Shown here one piece after another: positions 1-18,761 of a stretch of 64,000 bases of DNA. Both the position numbers and the translations under genes were made by a program. Origin of the DNA: the human T2T-CHM13v2.0 reference genome, Homo sapiens; NCBI RefSeq assembly GCF_009914755.1, contig NC_060941.1. One strand, given 5' to 3'. Each line of letters opens with the position of its first letter. The stretch's first letter is position 1. Below the pieces are notes generated by a model that was not told the origin of the DNA, did no database searches, and worked only from the letters and a program-made list of their open reading frames with translations.

Positions 1-3125
<3,125 letters not shown>

Positions 3126-4115
3126 TGACCTTAGTTAGCCTCTCAAACAGGGAATGAAGAACCCAAAGAGGCTGCAGGTTTACTCACATAAGGCAGCACG
3201 GCCCAGTGCAGGAGCTGAGAGGATGCCTGCGTCCCTGCATTGGGCTCAAGGGATTCAGACTGGGCTTTCAACGACAGCCCATGGGGACCCAGGGGGAAAG
3301 GCAGGGGGATTTTCAGGGCACTGAGCACCACAGGCTCCGCCTCCAGCGTGCTGGGAGCCTCCAATGCCTTAGGCCCTTGAGGGCCAACCTATGCCCAAAA
3401 TACCAGCAGAGCCAAGTGCCCACCTATGTGTCTGCTGTACTTGTGGGTGGCATCCGGGAAGCTTCTGGGTAGCAGAGATACCCTGCGGACTCATCTACTT
3501 TCACCCCACTGGGACAGGGACTCATTTTCCCCCCACAGGTTGATCCTCCTGTTTGTCAAACCTGGATTCTGGTTGGCTCCGTGTCCTGGGGAATTCTGAG
3601 AACAAAGTGCCTTCCTTAGCTGGGCTGACAGTCCCTTCCACGAAACCTTCTGTTCGTAACAGGTGTTGCCAAAGGGTGACCCTGGACACATTCTGTAACT
3701 GCCCCCTCTTTAATTTTATCTTCAGTAATAGGAATATCAACACCTGTCCTGACCACCTCCCACTGAGAGGTAAACTGTGCAAAGTAATAAAGGTGCTACA
3801 GGAGGAAGAAGGAGCCACTGAGTAACAGTGGCCCAGGGCGAGGCCAGGCATCTGGGCTGAAGTGCCTGCAATGGTCAGCGGGGGAGCGCTCCCCAAACAC
3901 TAGAGAAGCCCGCGGGCTGTCCCTTCCCACACCTGCCCCCAGGACTATCCGCGTCAGGCACAAAGGTTGGTTTCTACAGACCCTGAGCACTGCTGCCCAA
4001 ACCCCCATGCCTCTTGGCCGCCCCGTGGGGAAAGGGCAAAGTGCAAAATGATGTGGGCTGTTTCCCAGATACCCCCATGGTCCTCCCTTCCAGCCAGGGC
4101 ATGCTACACACTCAC

Positions 4116-4203
4116 CAGTATACTACCACGGTGTGCTTCATGTACTTGAGCAACTTCTTGGTCTCAAACAGCAGGGGGATATCCAGAATCACGTAGCGGT
4201 ATC
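4116..4203 (-). CDS. DCAKD: DCAKD coding exon 3 (c.317-404; [29 protein letters not shown])
   Basis: Not in the ORF track; found by manual translation. Acceptor ctccccAG at 4205-4204, donor TG|GTGAGT at 4115. Contains the conserved CoaE motif (D/E)IPLLFE. Phase continues the previous exon. Confidence 0.96.
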
Positions 4204-7047
4204 CTGGGGAGAGGTTGGAAATCCCCCAAGTTCAATTCTGCAAGCGCACACTGAGGACTGATGATATGCTGGGCCCCACCGTCCAGAGCGCCCAGCAGAG
4301 GGGCAGGCCTTCCAAGGACACACATACCCTGCACACTGGCCGGTTCCAATGCCGTGCAGAACAGAAGGCTGCAGAAAATTATTTCTGGATAGCTGATCAG
4401 GGAAGACCTTGTAGAAGGGCTGGCACTTGTGCTGGCCTTGAAAAGTGGGGGGCAGGTCTTTTGATACTTGAAAATGAGAAGGTGAAGGTGAGGATTCCAC
4501 GAATGAGAACCACCACAGCACAGGGAGAGGGAGGCTCTACTGTGCGGGCTGAAGCAGAGGCCTCAGGCCGTGTGAGGCAAGGAGGTGATCAGGGCAGGCA
4601 CTAAGGGTTTAGTTCACCTTGATCTTAAATCTCAAGTTGTTATTTCTCAGAAACAAACAAACAAACAAACAAAACACCCAAAAGATAGGTTCTCCCCAAA
4701 GAGCCAGGTGCAGGCCCAGCCCTGCTGACAAGAGCCAAGGTGGGCTGTCTCTACCAACTCTCCATGAGAGGCTCACGTTGGGGCGGCAGCAGCAGAAAGA
4801 AGCTGCTTCTCCCATCAGAGGCAGACCTACAGCCAGGGTAAGGCCTGGATCTGGAGTCAGAGCGGGCAGTTATGCCTAAAACTGTATTACACTCCTGCAG
4901 TGTAAAAGGCACTGGCTGGACCTCCCACCACAAGCCAAGGCCAGTCAAGGGCAGCACCCCCACCCACTGTGAGTGAGCACATCCGTAGGCTGCTGTGGGC
5001 TACACGCTCCTCGTTCTTTTTAGGTCAGTGACCCCTGTGCATGTGTACAAAGCTGGGAGGGCTCCAGGAGAGCAAGAAGGGTAAGAGATAGGAAAATGCT
5101 TCTCTGCCCAGAGACCCCTGGCCTGGCTGGGGCAGGAGACTGCACCCCTGGAGCATCCCACTCCAAACACTTCCAAGCACAGAACCAGACACACATCACA
5201 CCAATTCCAAGGGTGTCACGGGAAACTTGCACTCAAAGTGATGCAGGGACAATGGCGGTGGGGGGGTGGCAATCTCAGCTGCTTGGTTTCCTGTTCCCCA
5301 AGACCTGCTGCTCAGGAAGCCCAAGAGAAGCCCACAGTTGAACAAGGGGGTTAAAACCATAGGCTCTGATGACACACCTTGGTTGGTAGCCCCCCCACCT
5401 TCCCCACCATGTGACCTTGGGCCCCCTTTTGTGTAAACCTCATCTGTGTAAATGAGTAAAAAGAATACCTACTTCACAGGATGATGGTAAAGATGAAATG
5501 AGCCTTGAAAATATGTGAACCATGCAGTACTACTCCTTCACCAGTCCCTCGCTAGGTGCCCCAAAATGATAGTTACTGTTGCAGGGGGAGGCCAACAGTG
5601 TGGTGCGCCTCCCTAACTTGGAGCAGAAGCCAAGACTAGATCCTCTCCGGGCCTCTTATCTCCCTTTCCTGTTCAGCTCCCATCACTTCCTCTCCCCTTG
5701 CTGTCCTTTCTCCGGCCCCTCTGGGGAGTACGTGGTCAGCTATTTGGTTCACCAGCAAAGGGCTATTCAGCTGTCACATCCCTCCTGTCTGATAAGCTCT
5801 GCAAACCATCCTGACTCTATTAAGACATCCGTCTGCCTACACAGAGAAGTCCCCAACAGCTGGTGATCTTATCTGACGTTTGATTATACCAACTTTGACA
5901 GTTGTATTTGTTATACTCATCAGGGAAAAACTGGGACTGTGGAAGCCACAGCTGTCGTCCTCATTTTTCACCTTATCGAGCTCAAAAGGGCTCTCTGGCT
6001 TTTATTTAAGTGGTGGTGGTTGGGGAGGCGGGAGGCTGGGTGGATGACACAGTGAAAGAGCTTTGGAGCTGGTGACATTATCCGATGTTTAATTTCAGAA
6101 GGGGAGAGCCACTGCCGCCTCGAAGCCCTGCAGATATACCAGTAACTGGCATGGGAGAGAATGCAGAAAGGGCAGGAATGAAAGGCAGATGACTTCACTC
6201 TGGGTGGGGGACGGGAAGGACACTGGCACAACATAGGAGGCAGCACAAAGAGTCCAGAGGGAGGACTCTTCTTGAGGGAGGCAGGGAGGAGGCCTGCGGC
6301 ATGGTGCTGAGATGGAGCGCACACGCTGGTTCAGCAGAGAAGATGCGGGAGCCAGCTCCAGCCCGGACGGGAGGGGGTTGGGGTCAGCATCATGGATGTC
6401 TGTCGAGTCATCCCTCTTTTGGAGGGAGGTATTGGCCACAGGGGGATGAGGGTGGGGGGAGGTTGCTCACTCAAGGCATGACAGAATAAGGGGCTTGGCC
6501 ATGGTCACAGTGTAAAAGGCTCCCCCAGCCAGGCACAGTGGCTCACGCTTGTATTCCCAGCACTTTGGGAGGGCGAGGCAGGCATATCATGAGGTCAGGA
6601 GTTTGAGACCAGCCTGGCCAATATAGTGAAACCCGATCTCTACTAAAAATACAAAAGTTAGCCAGGTTTGGTGGCATGTTCCTGTAGTCCCAGCTACTCG
6701 GGAGGCTGAGGGCAGAAGAATCGCTTGAACCCGGGAAGGGAGGTTGCAGTGAGCCGAGATCGCTCCACTGCACTCCAGCCTGGTGACAGAGCGAGACTCC
6801 ATCTCAAAAAAAAAAAAAGGCTCCCCTATACCCTCGTGGAAGGAGAGTCTCAGTGTAGTGACTGAGAGTGGGGTGACAGGCAACCAGGCCTTCAACTCGG
6901 AGGCCCAGGCTGGAGGCCACATGTGCCAAAGGCTGGCATGCAAATCTCCAGCAGCCCTAGGCCAGCCTCTTGCCAGATCCCAAGCCACCGCCCTCTGTTC
7001 TCCCTCCCACTTCTGGTGACTGACCCCAACCTGTAAAGTAAGCATCA

Positions 7048-7305
<258 letters not shown>

Positions 7306-7506
7306 TCAAATACTCCCCTTCCCCTACCCACCCTGGCCATCTTGGTCCCTTCCCAATTTCCAGTCTACAAACTTGCTTTCCCAAATGGCTCAGCCAGAAC
7401 CAAACCTGCCCCTGACTGCAGTTTACATGTGTGATTAACTGACAGTCACTGACCTGGACCCTCAGTCTTCCTAACATGCTCACGTTGGATTTTTTCTTTT
7501 TTTTGA

Positions 7507-7725
<219 letters not shown>

Positions 7726-8210
7726 TGATCTGCCTGCCTCGGCCTCCCAAAGTGCTGGGATTACAGGCATGAGCCACTGTGCCCAGCCTCATGTTGGATT
7801 ATTATCCCCACTGCACAGATGAAAAAATGAGCTGAGGGCGAGATCACTCAATGAAGTCACACAGCTAGAAAGTCAGGGTTGGGATTTGAACTCAGATCTA
7901 TGGCTCCATTATTCACCAGCTCTTATTACTCCCATCCCTACTAGAAAAACCAACTTACTTCCTGGGCTCATGGCTCGAAAGCCTCATGTGTCTCTTCTCA
8001 TTAAACTGTCAGCCTCCTTAAGAGCTGAGGGAACGTGCTTCTTTCCTCTGGGGCTGGTACGGGGCTCTGTGTGGAGGGGATGCCAGTAAGCAGTATGAAC
8101 TCATCAGCTGGGATAACCAGCTCCCCTACCCTGGCCAAACTTTCTGCAGAGGAGAAGGGCCCTGGCCCTGGAAGGAGGCCCCGCCCCCCGCCCCAGGCCC
8201 TGGCACTTAC

Positions 8211-8414
8211 CCCGGAGGAAGTACTTGAACGTCTCCTTCATCATCTCCTTGCGAATCTCGGGGTGGGTGATGGCGTTGAGCAGCTGCCGCCGGTCAGGCT
8301 GGTTAAAGATCAGGTCCCCCAGGACCTTGCGATTTATGTCGCCATTCTCCAGCAAGACCTCAGTGCCGAAGACCTCTACGATGCGCCGGTGGGCAGGGTA
8401 TCCTGGCTGCACGA
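8211..8414 (-). CDS. DCAKD: DCAKD coding exon 2 (c.113-316; VVQPGYPAHRRIVEVFG...THPEIRKEMMKETFKYFLR)
   Basis: Acceptor ccacAG at 8416-8415, donor G|GTAAGT at 8210. 204 nt keeps phase 1. Contains CoaE-type INRKVLG..IF and THP motifs. Confidence 0.97.
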
Positions 8415-8797
8415 CTGTGGCAGGAGGAAGAAGCTGGGTCACTCCCTGAAGCCTCAGGGCCAGTCAGAGGACCTCAGTGACCAGGGGCAAAATGATGGGG
8501 GAACTCGGGTGCTTCTTTCAGGTGGAGCAAAAGCAAAATGAGGGTAGAGAAAGCAGTGAAGGAAAAGAGCAGAGTGTACAGGATCCCTTGTGCTGGTAAT
8601 GGGGTACAGCTGGGGGGTTTCTAAAAACAGAAAATAGAAGAGCAGAGAAGGCAAGCACGGGGCAGAGACAGAAGTCAGACCAGGGTCAACAGGAGCCTTC
8701 CCCTCCTCTGAGACTTATAAAAAAAGGAGGCATGGCAGAAGGCCGGAAGCGTGGGGAGCTGCTGTGCACGGCCCCCCAACCTGCCCCTCCAACTCAC

Positions 8798-8909
8798 CGT
8801 GCCGGGCCATCACGTCCACGTCAATCACCGCACAGCCCAGCTGCTGGAACACCTGGATCACTGAGCTCTTGCCTGAGGCAATGCCCCCTGTCAGGCCCAC
8901 CAGAAACAT
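8798..8909 (-). CDS. DCAKD: DCAKD first coding exon, coding part (c.1-112; [37 protein letters not shown])
   Basis: ATG at 8909-8907 with A at -3. Encodes the CoaE/dephospho-CoA kinase N-terminus with Walker A GGIASGKS. Donor G|GTGAG at 8797. 112 nt, phase 1. Confidence 0.97.
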
Positions 8910-9023
8910 CTTCCAGGAAAGAGAGCTGTCCGCGAGACTACGGAGCCAGGAGCTACAGAATCACTGGAGAGCAGGGCAAGTGTGGCCGATGGGGGCGGTC
9001 CACCAGAGGAGTGCCAGAAGGAC
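8910..9023 (-). other. DCAKD: DCAKD 5'UTR part of the ATG-containing exon (114 nt)
   Basis: Pyrimidine-rich acceptor ctctcccAAGCAG|G, with AGs ending at 9027 and 9024. No upstream ATG in this segment. Confidence 0.8.
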
Positions 9024-10352
9024 CTGCTTGGGAGAGGCCAGCGGGACTGATCAGTTTGGGCCAAAATAATTGGGAGAGAGGAGGCAAAGGAAGTAAAGGG
9101 AGACAGCTTGGCTGGGGAGGGACATGTCCTGAGCTTGGGGTGCTCTGGGGCCATCTGGAGAGGAGAAACCCTCCAGGAAAGGCCTCCAGTATTTTAAAAA
9201 CACTCGCAAAGAAGGCAAATGTGGCCAGGAGTGGTGGCTCACACCTGTAATCCCAGCACTTTGGGAGGCCAAGGTGGGTGGATCACCTGAGGTCAGGAGT
9301 TTGAGACCAGCCTGGCCAACATGGTGGAACCCCATCTCTACTAAAAATACAAAAATTAGCTGGGCGTGGTGGCGTGCACCTAGAATTCCAGTTACTCAGA
9401 AGGCTGTGGCAGGAGGATCGCTTGAACCTGGGAGGTGGAGGTTGCGGTAAGCTGAGATCCCACCACTGCACTGCAGCCGTGGGTGACAGAACCAGATTCC
9501 TTCTAAAAAAAAAAAAAAAAAAAAAAGCAAACGAACACTATAAATTCAGCAATCAAAAGCTGAACAGGCAGGGCAAGGTCAGGTGCTGTTAGGCAGCATG
9601 CTTCCTGGACGAGGCAGGATCCCCTTGGAGGCCAACTTCCTAGAGGAAGGAGACACCTGTCTCTCTGTGGTAGACCCACAGCACTCTTCAGATGCCCACT
9701 GGTCCCCCTGGCCTTTACTTTCTAGTCTAGGAGACTGAGGCTCAAAGGAAAGAAATGGCCTGCCTGCAGCCATCCACGGAAGATGCAAAAGAGACCACAA
9801 ATAGAGTCCAGGTGCCTGGGCCCTCTTTTGCCCCAAGGCCTCCTCCCCACAGAAGGTCCCATGGATCACTTCCCCTTGAACGCCAGCACTAGGACTGCCT
9901 GGGTAGCTGATATAGATGGAGACGCACAATCCTCTTGGCCCAGATGGGGAACTGAGCCGCAAGCAGTGGCTCGGCAGCCACTAAGGCCGAGGTTTAGAAA
10001 AGTACCACTCTTGCCAAGAAGGAATGTGAGGGAAAGGCCAGGAGGCTGGGCGATGCTGGTGGTGTGACTTTGAGCTGGCGTCGTGGTTTGTGGCGTCCTC
10101 AGACCAAGCAGCGGCAGCACGGCACAAAGGTTGGGGCATGGCTTCTTCACACCCAGCTCCTCCACTCACATGTGCTGCAACCCCGGGCAAGCCGCTTGCC
10201 TCCCTGAACCTCAGTTTTCTCATCCATAAAATGAGGTTTAGGATCATAAGACTGCCTTGGCTGGGCGTAGTGGCTCACGCCTGTAATCCCAGCACTTTGG
10301 GAGGCCGAGGCAGGCAGATCATGAGGTGAGGAGATCGAGACCATCCTGGCTA

Positions 10353-10716
<364 letters not shown>

Positions 10717-11667
10717 CTATTCCTCCAACCTCAGACTATCACACCATAAACTTTTAAGGAGTCATGGTGCATTTTCTGGAGTAAATGAGGTTACCATGTC
10801 TTGGACTTTGTTCCCAGGCTGGAAGCAATTAAATCAAAGGCCAGGTCTCTCCCACCCTTCCTTCAGCCTCAAATCACTTCTCCAGGACTGTAAAATCTGC
10901 CATAGGACTTTTTTTGTTGCCGTTAAGCAGCAGATTTACTGTCCTAATTACACTTTGCTTGAGCTTACACTGAAATGAGTTTGCCTCCCGTGAGGACACA
11001 CCAAATGACAGGGGAGGCAGCTGCTTGGATGTGGCTGAGTTGGTGCCTGGCTTGGGGCAGCAGGGGACCAACCTAGAAATTGAAATCTGCCACTGCTCAT
11101 TCTCACCCCGGAAAGCCAGAGGTGGAGAGAGGAAACTATCCACCACGGAGTCATCATCCAAATGGAGAGACCTAGCTACATTAATCAACTATTTAACAAT
11201 CATTTCTAGGCCACGCACGGTGTTCACGCCTGTAATCCCAGTGCTTTGGGAGGTTGAGGCAGGAGGATTGCTTGAGACCAGGAGTTCGAGGCCAGCCTGG
11301 GCAATACAGCAAGGCTCTCTCTCTATTAAAAAAAATAATAATTTCTCCTCCATCTCTCTGAGGCTGGTGATCTCCCTCTAGGTCACAAAAAGGACAGGGT
11401 TCAGTTGTAAAAACAAACAAACAAAACAAACAAACAAAATGTCAGCCACTCAGCTGAAGCTTTGAAATAGAAAATCTAGAAAGAATTTTTTTTTTTTTAG
11501 ATGGAATTTCACTCTTGTCGTTGCCCAGGCTGGAGTGCAATGGCGCATCTCAGCTCACTGCAACCTCCGCCTCTCAGGTTCAAGCGATTCTCCTGCCTCA
11601 GACTCCCAAGTAGTTGGGATTACATGCAGCCGTCACCATGCCCAGCTAATTTTTGTATTTTTAGTAG

Positions 11668-12281
<614 letters not shown>

Positions 12282-14119
12282 TAGTAGAGACGAGGTTTCA
12301 CCATGTTGGCCAGGCTGGCTCAAACTCCTGACCTCAGGTGATCTGCCCACCCAGGCAGTTCTGATGTGTAACAGCGCTCAGGATAAATTCTAACTCTTCT
12401 TTTACAGCAGTGGAGACTGAGGACCAGAGAAGGGAGGGGACTTCCCACCAGCAGCTATTATCAAAGGCTGGATGCAGTTCAGGGCTCCTAACCCCTAGTC
12501 TAGACCCCTGCCTTTAATGTACTCAAGGAATGAAAAATTAATTTACCTTTAGACTAATGAGACAAAGTAAGGAAGATGAATCTGTTTGTAGGCAAATCGA
12601 TTCAGAGCCAAAGAGAAATAATTTCTTGATTATCATACTGTTTTCTTCCTGCAGAATGGGGGCTGAGGGGGTGTGTGGACAATGGCCAGAGCACAGATGG
12701 AAATTCCAGCCTCCCGGGTTACCTAATGAGTATCCTCCCTTCTCAGTGCCTTGACCGAGTGTCTGTGGAAACAGACCAACAGCTGCTTGGCCTCCATCAG
12801 GAAGGCCAAGCGGACAAAGGAGCACACGCCCAGGGAGGCTCCGGGTCCCCAACTTAAAAGGGCCTTGACAAATAACAGCTGTTCCTGTCCAACAAGCCCC
12901 TCTGTAGCTCATTCCTTCACTGACCATCCACTGAGCATCTCTGTGCTCTGCAGGAACGGTGCCAGGGATCTCTTGGGTAACCAGAGGAAAACACAAGTCT
13001 TGCCCCTTGGGAAAACTGGAGAGCTAGATAGTACCAGATGAAAACATCTGAGAACAGAGCGCTGACAGGTAAGCAGGAATGGTCAGGTGGTGCTGGCCCT
13101 GGGCCTGCTGTATGAGTGCCTTCCCACTCACTTGGCTGCGCACAGATCTACTGGGATCTGCCAGGGAGGAAGTTGCAGCCCACGGTGCTCCCAAAGCTCA
13201 GCAAGGAGGAAATAGAGGCTTAGGTACCCAGCGGCCTCCAAGTCACACCTAGACCTGCCAGCAGCTCCCTGTCAGGCCCACATGAACAAACGACCACCTT
13301 TGATCACCTGTGTTCATGACCCTCTTTCTGCTCTAGTCAAGTCATCATTCTCCAGAATCCGATCTGGCTTCCCACATTCCACTGCCGCTTACACAGAGGC
13401 AGTACATTCCTCACAGCAAGTGCTAAACCTGGCTATAATCTGAATTTACTGCGAAACTTACAAAAGGTACAGACACCCAGGCTCCATCTACCCCAGCCCA
13501 CTGAATCTGAATCAGCTAGGCCCAGAACCATGGCTAAAATGAAAGGCTGTGGACTGGAAGTGGAAAGTCCTGGGTCCTGGTCTCTGAATTCTGTGATAAA
13601 ACTACCCATGTGACTGCAGGAAGTCTTCTCTCCAGCCTGGCCCAGGGTGGTAAGGACTCCATACAAGAAACAGCTGAGCCCCGGGTGCCTTCCCTCCTCT
13701 GAGCCTCAGTCCCCACACTTGTGAGTGAGAGGGGCTGGAGTTTCAGTGCCAAGAACGGTGCAGCTCCCCAGGGAGGCTGAGAGTCACACTGGTGATTTCT
13801 TCCTCCCCTTCAGTGGTTCAGAGCTCTCCTGGGAGTGGTGAATAAATGCTCCCCTGGGGCCAGGCGCAGTGGCTGTAAGGCCAAGGTGGGCGGATCACTT
13901 GAGGCCAGGAGTTCGAGACCAGCCTGGCCAACATGGCGAAACCCCATCTCTACTAAAAATACAAAAATTAGCTGGGCGTGGTGGTGCATGCCTGTAATCC
14001 CACCTATTCGGAAGGCTGAGGCAGGAGAATTGCTTGAATCTGGGAAGCGGAGGTTGCAGTGAGCAGAGATCATGCCACTCTGGACTCCAGCTTGGGCAAC
14101 AAAGTGAGACTCCATCTCA

Positions 14120-14761
<642 letters not shown>

Positions 14762-17145
14762 TTAGAGCTGGTGCCTGCGCTCCAACTCTGCAGTGAAGCT
14801 CTAAGGCCTGTGAAATGACGATCAGATTCTATTGTGCTCCACAAGTGGTGGGCTCTTTTGCATCGGGTGTCTCCAAATTGCCTCTCAGTTTTTACTTCTT
14901 GGGCCCAGTAGCCCCAAGAAGAATAAATACATTCAGAGAATGGTCTGTCTTAGAATCTCCTCTGGCAGTGTTTCTCTTAGGGAAAAATTAATGGGCTAAA
15001 TAAAGCCCTACTGCTCTGGGAGGTCTGGCCAAGTTCTAATCCCACTAGGCCCACTCTGTTAGCCTAAGCCACCAGCACCTGTGCCCTGACCACTCCAGTA
15101 GCCTCATGACCTGACCCCCTCGTCCCGGCCTGGCTTCTCCCCAAGGTAGCCAGGGTCATGGCTTAAAGGAGTCATCTGATCATGTCACTCCCATCTAAAA
15201 CCTTCACTGCCTTCTCCCGCCTCCTCCTGGCCCTTCACAGAGGTCTCCAGGCCCTGTGTGACTCCCTCAGTCACTCCCTGTCCACGATGCCTGGTGCCTG
15301 TCACACTGATCTTCCTTCTGTCCCTGAACATGCGGGCTCTTTTTTTTTTTTTGAGACGGAGTCTGGCTCTGTCGCCCAGGCTGGAGTGCAGTGGTGCGAT
15401 CTCGGCTCACTGCAACTCCGCCTCCCGGGTTCACGCCATTCTGCTGCCTCAGCCTCCCAAGCAGCTGAGGCTACAGGCGCCTGCCATCATGCCCGGCTAA
15501 TTTTTTGTATTTTTAGTAGAGACGGGGTTTCACCATGTTAGCCAGGATGGTCTCAATCTCCTGACCTCGTGATCTGCCTGCCTCAGCCTCCCAAAGTGCT
15601 GGGATTACAGGCGTGAGCCACTGTGCCCAGCCACATGCGGGCTCTTTTCGACCCCAAAGCCTCTGTGCTGGTGTTCTCTCTGCCAGACTCACCTCAGGGC
15701 TAACTACTCTTCAGTCACCCTGTACTGACTGTGTCAACCAATCAGACACCAGGCACGAGAAGGGGTGGTGGGGGGAGCAGGGGAGGGGTAAAACAATAAA
15801 CTCACAGTACCAGTAAGTGTGGTGGTGGTAAGTGGGTAAGGGTATCAAGAGCAATGGGGGGCCATGCATGGTGGCTCACGCCTGCAATCGCAGCACTTTG
15901 GGAGGCCAAGGTGGGAGGATCACTTGAGCCCAGGAGTTAGAGGCCAGCCTGGGCAACAAAGCGAGATCCTGTCTCTTAAAAAAAAAAAAATAGCTGGGCA
16001 TGATGGCATATGTCTGTAGTCTCAGCTACTTGAGAGGCTGAGATGGGAGGACTGCTTGAGCCCAGGAGTTGGAGGCTGCAGTGAGCCATGACTGTACCAC
16101 TGCACTCCAGCCTGGGTGCAGAATAAGACCTGACTTAAAAAAAAAAGAGTGACAGGCACATCATTGTCTGACCCAGGACCTGAAGCAGCATGGGAGCAAG
16201 TCACATCCCCTTGGAGGAGCCTCATCCAATCCCCCAACCCAAATGATGCCCCTGCCATCTCTCACCACTCCCTTTACTTTCCCTCCTTTGGACTCGTCAT
16301 GCTTTGGACTTTCATTTCTGTTCATGTGACTTTTTTTTTCTTCTTTGAGACAGGGTCTCACTCTGTCACCTTCTTCCCTTGGGACAGCTCAGGACTTATG
16401 TTGGAGGCAAATTCTGTTCCTTCTCATCCCCCATTCAACAGACCCGCCCCTGCGTGTGCCAGGCCAGGACCTGGCTCCCTCGGCTTGCAGCCCCTGTCCT
16501 CCTCCCCTTGCCGCCTCTCAGGATTTCACACTGGGGCCGCCTGACTAGCCAGACAGAACTGCTTTCCTAAGGGGGTGTATCTGTTTTGCACCAATGATCA
16601 ATATAATCATTCATGAAAACGAGTCATTTCCTGCCTTGGGACCCAATTATTTCTCGAGGAACCAGTGGTTGCAAAAATATATTGTTTTCCAGTTAACTAT
16701 TAAGTGCTATTTTTGTATACGGCTTCCCCACTCCTAATCTTTCATTATTGGTGAGAGGTTGCTGTTTAAACCTTCAAGTCCAAGTTCTCTTCGTGGGCTA
16801 GGCCCATTAAGCCGCCACCTCCTCCAGGCTGCCAGTTACCTGGAGAGAGCCACAAGGAAAGGAGCTGGCGTCTGCCTCCCTCTGTGTCCTCCCTGCTCCC
16901 TTTGCCAACACCAAGGGCAGGGAGGGGACAGGTCTCTCTTCTCTACTTGAGCACTCTCCAAGCACAAACCATCACTCCAGCTTTCATGAATGAGCAGGGA
17001 GGCTGTTTGGACTGGACTACTTTGTTGCCATTTATGCAAAAAAAGGATCACAGGGACTGCACATTCTCAGAGGGTTCAGAGTCAAAGGGACCTTGGTTGG
17101 GATTAGCTCTGTCCCTTAACTAGCTGTATGGCTGTAGGCAATTTA

Positions 17146-17328
<183 letters not shown>

Positions 17329-17421
17329 TTAAATGAGGTGACAACATAGGTCACAGTCACCTCATCTTCCCCAACTCAGTGTGTGACATGTCACAGCCAC
17401 TGCAGTCTACTCCATTTGTAG

Positions 17422-17810
17422 TGTGATGGGTTACTTAAGGGTGTATGTATGTCCGCCACTTGAACCCTGCAGGCTGGGCGGTAAGCCAAGGCCATGGTGC
17501 CCAGCTGAGGAGCACGTGTCCCTGAGAACCCAAACATCCTAGGGCATAGCTGGGCACATACCAAGGAAAATAGTCTCATCACACACACCGGAGGCAAAGA
17601 GCCAGAAAATTAGCTTAAAGGCAGCCTGGAGACGGGAGGCGGCACGGACGCCCAGAGCTGTCCTGCTGCCACTGAGGAGTGCCCTCCATTTAAGTCCTAA
17701 TACGCTCACCTACTCACGAAGCTGGACTTGTCCGAATCATTCTTTGGTCTCTCGGCTCCCTCCGGATTTGGGGGAATGTTTTTCTATACAATTCTGGGTT
17801 TTTCTCATAA
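17422..17810 (+). mobile_element. Solo ERVL-class LTR (LTR47-like; subfamily unverified)
   Basis: Starts TGTG, ends ...ataac. Recognisable blocks gagaacccaaacatcc, gcaaagagccagaaaattagcttaaa and ctggacttgtccga.tcattctttggtctctcggctcc. Confidence 0.65.
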
Positions 17811-17829
17811 CTCCATTTCCCTAAACAGT

Positions 17830-18200
17830 ACCTCCCTCCTCCCTCCTTCCACTTGTATAGGCCAAAAGCCTCGGAATCCTCCTGGCCTCTCTCACACCCT
17901 CCATCCAACCCGCAGTGCCCGGCCAGCGCTACCTCCCACCTGCACAGCCCACAAGGAGCCCCCGGTGCATGAGCGCCACCATGTCGCTGCGGAAGCCCTG
18001 CAGCAGCCTCTGAGCCATTTCCTGCTGCACCTTTGCTCCAAAGTTAGGAACAAACTTTGTTTGCTCCTAACAAAGCAGCTAGTGTGATCCTTTGAAATGC
18101 AAGTCAGATCATGTCAGGCCTCTGCTCACAGCCGTCTAACAGTTACCATCTCAGTGAGTACAAGCCAAGTCCATGGAGAGTCCTACAGAAGCCTCATGAA
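17830..18200 (-). mobile_element. L2 fragment (others near 15170-15340, 19310-19460, 27800-27890, 52000-52330)
   Basis: L2-like pyrimidine-rich blocks such as gtgatcctttgaaatgcaagtcagatcatgtca. Highly diverged. Confidence 0.55.
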
Positions 18201-18608
18201 AGAGGCCATCTATGTCCTCCCAGCATCTCCAACCACTCCCCCCTACATCACTGCCCTCAGGCCTGTGCCCCAATGTCCCCACAGTCCCAGACAAGGCTCT
18301 TCCCCAGAGGGCTGCCCCATTCACTCCCTTCTCTGCCCAATCGTCCCCCCATCAGAGACTGTCAGGTCCTGTCCCGCTGAACCCAACCCCCGTCTGGAAC
18401 TGGCTGGAATCACCTTAAAAGCTGTGGCAAGCGGATGGGTGCGGTGGCTGACGCCTGTAATCCCAACACTTTCGGAGGCTGAGGCAGGCGGGTCACCTGA
18501 GGTCAGGAGTTCGGGACCAGCCTGGCCAACATAGCAAAATCCTGTCTCTACTAAAAATACAAAAATTAGCCAGGTGTGGTGGCACGTGCCTGTAGTCCCA
18601 GCTACTCA

Positions 18609-18710
<102 letters not shown>

Positions 18711-18712
18711 TC

Positions 18713-18714
18713 AA

Positions 18715-18761
<47 letters not shown>

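Noticed and set aside
8035-9250. 168-aa and 172-aa + strand ORFs
   Set aside because: Antisense shadows of DCAKD exons in GC-rich sequence, with no recognisable domain or splice logic.
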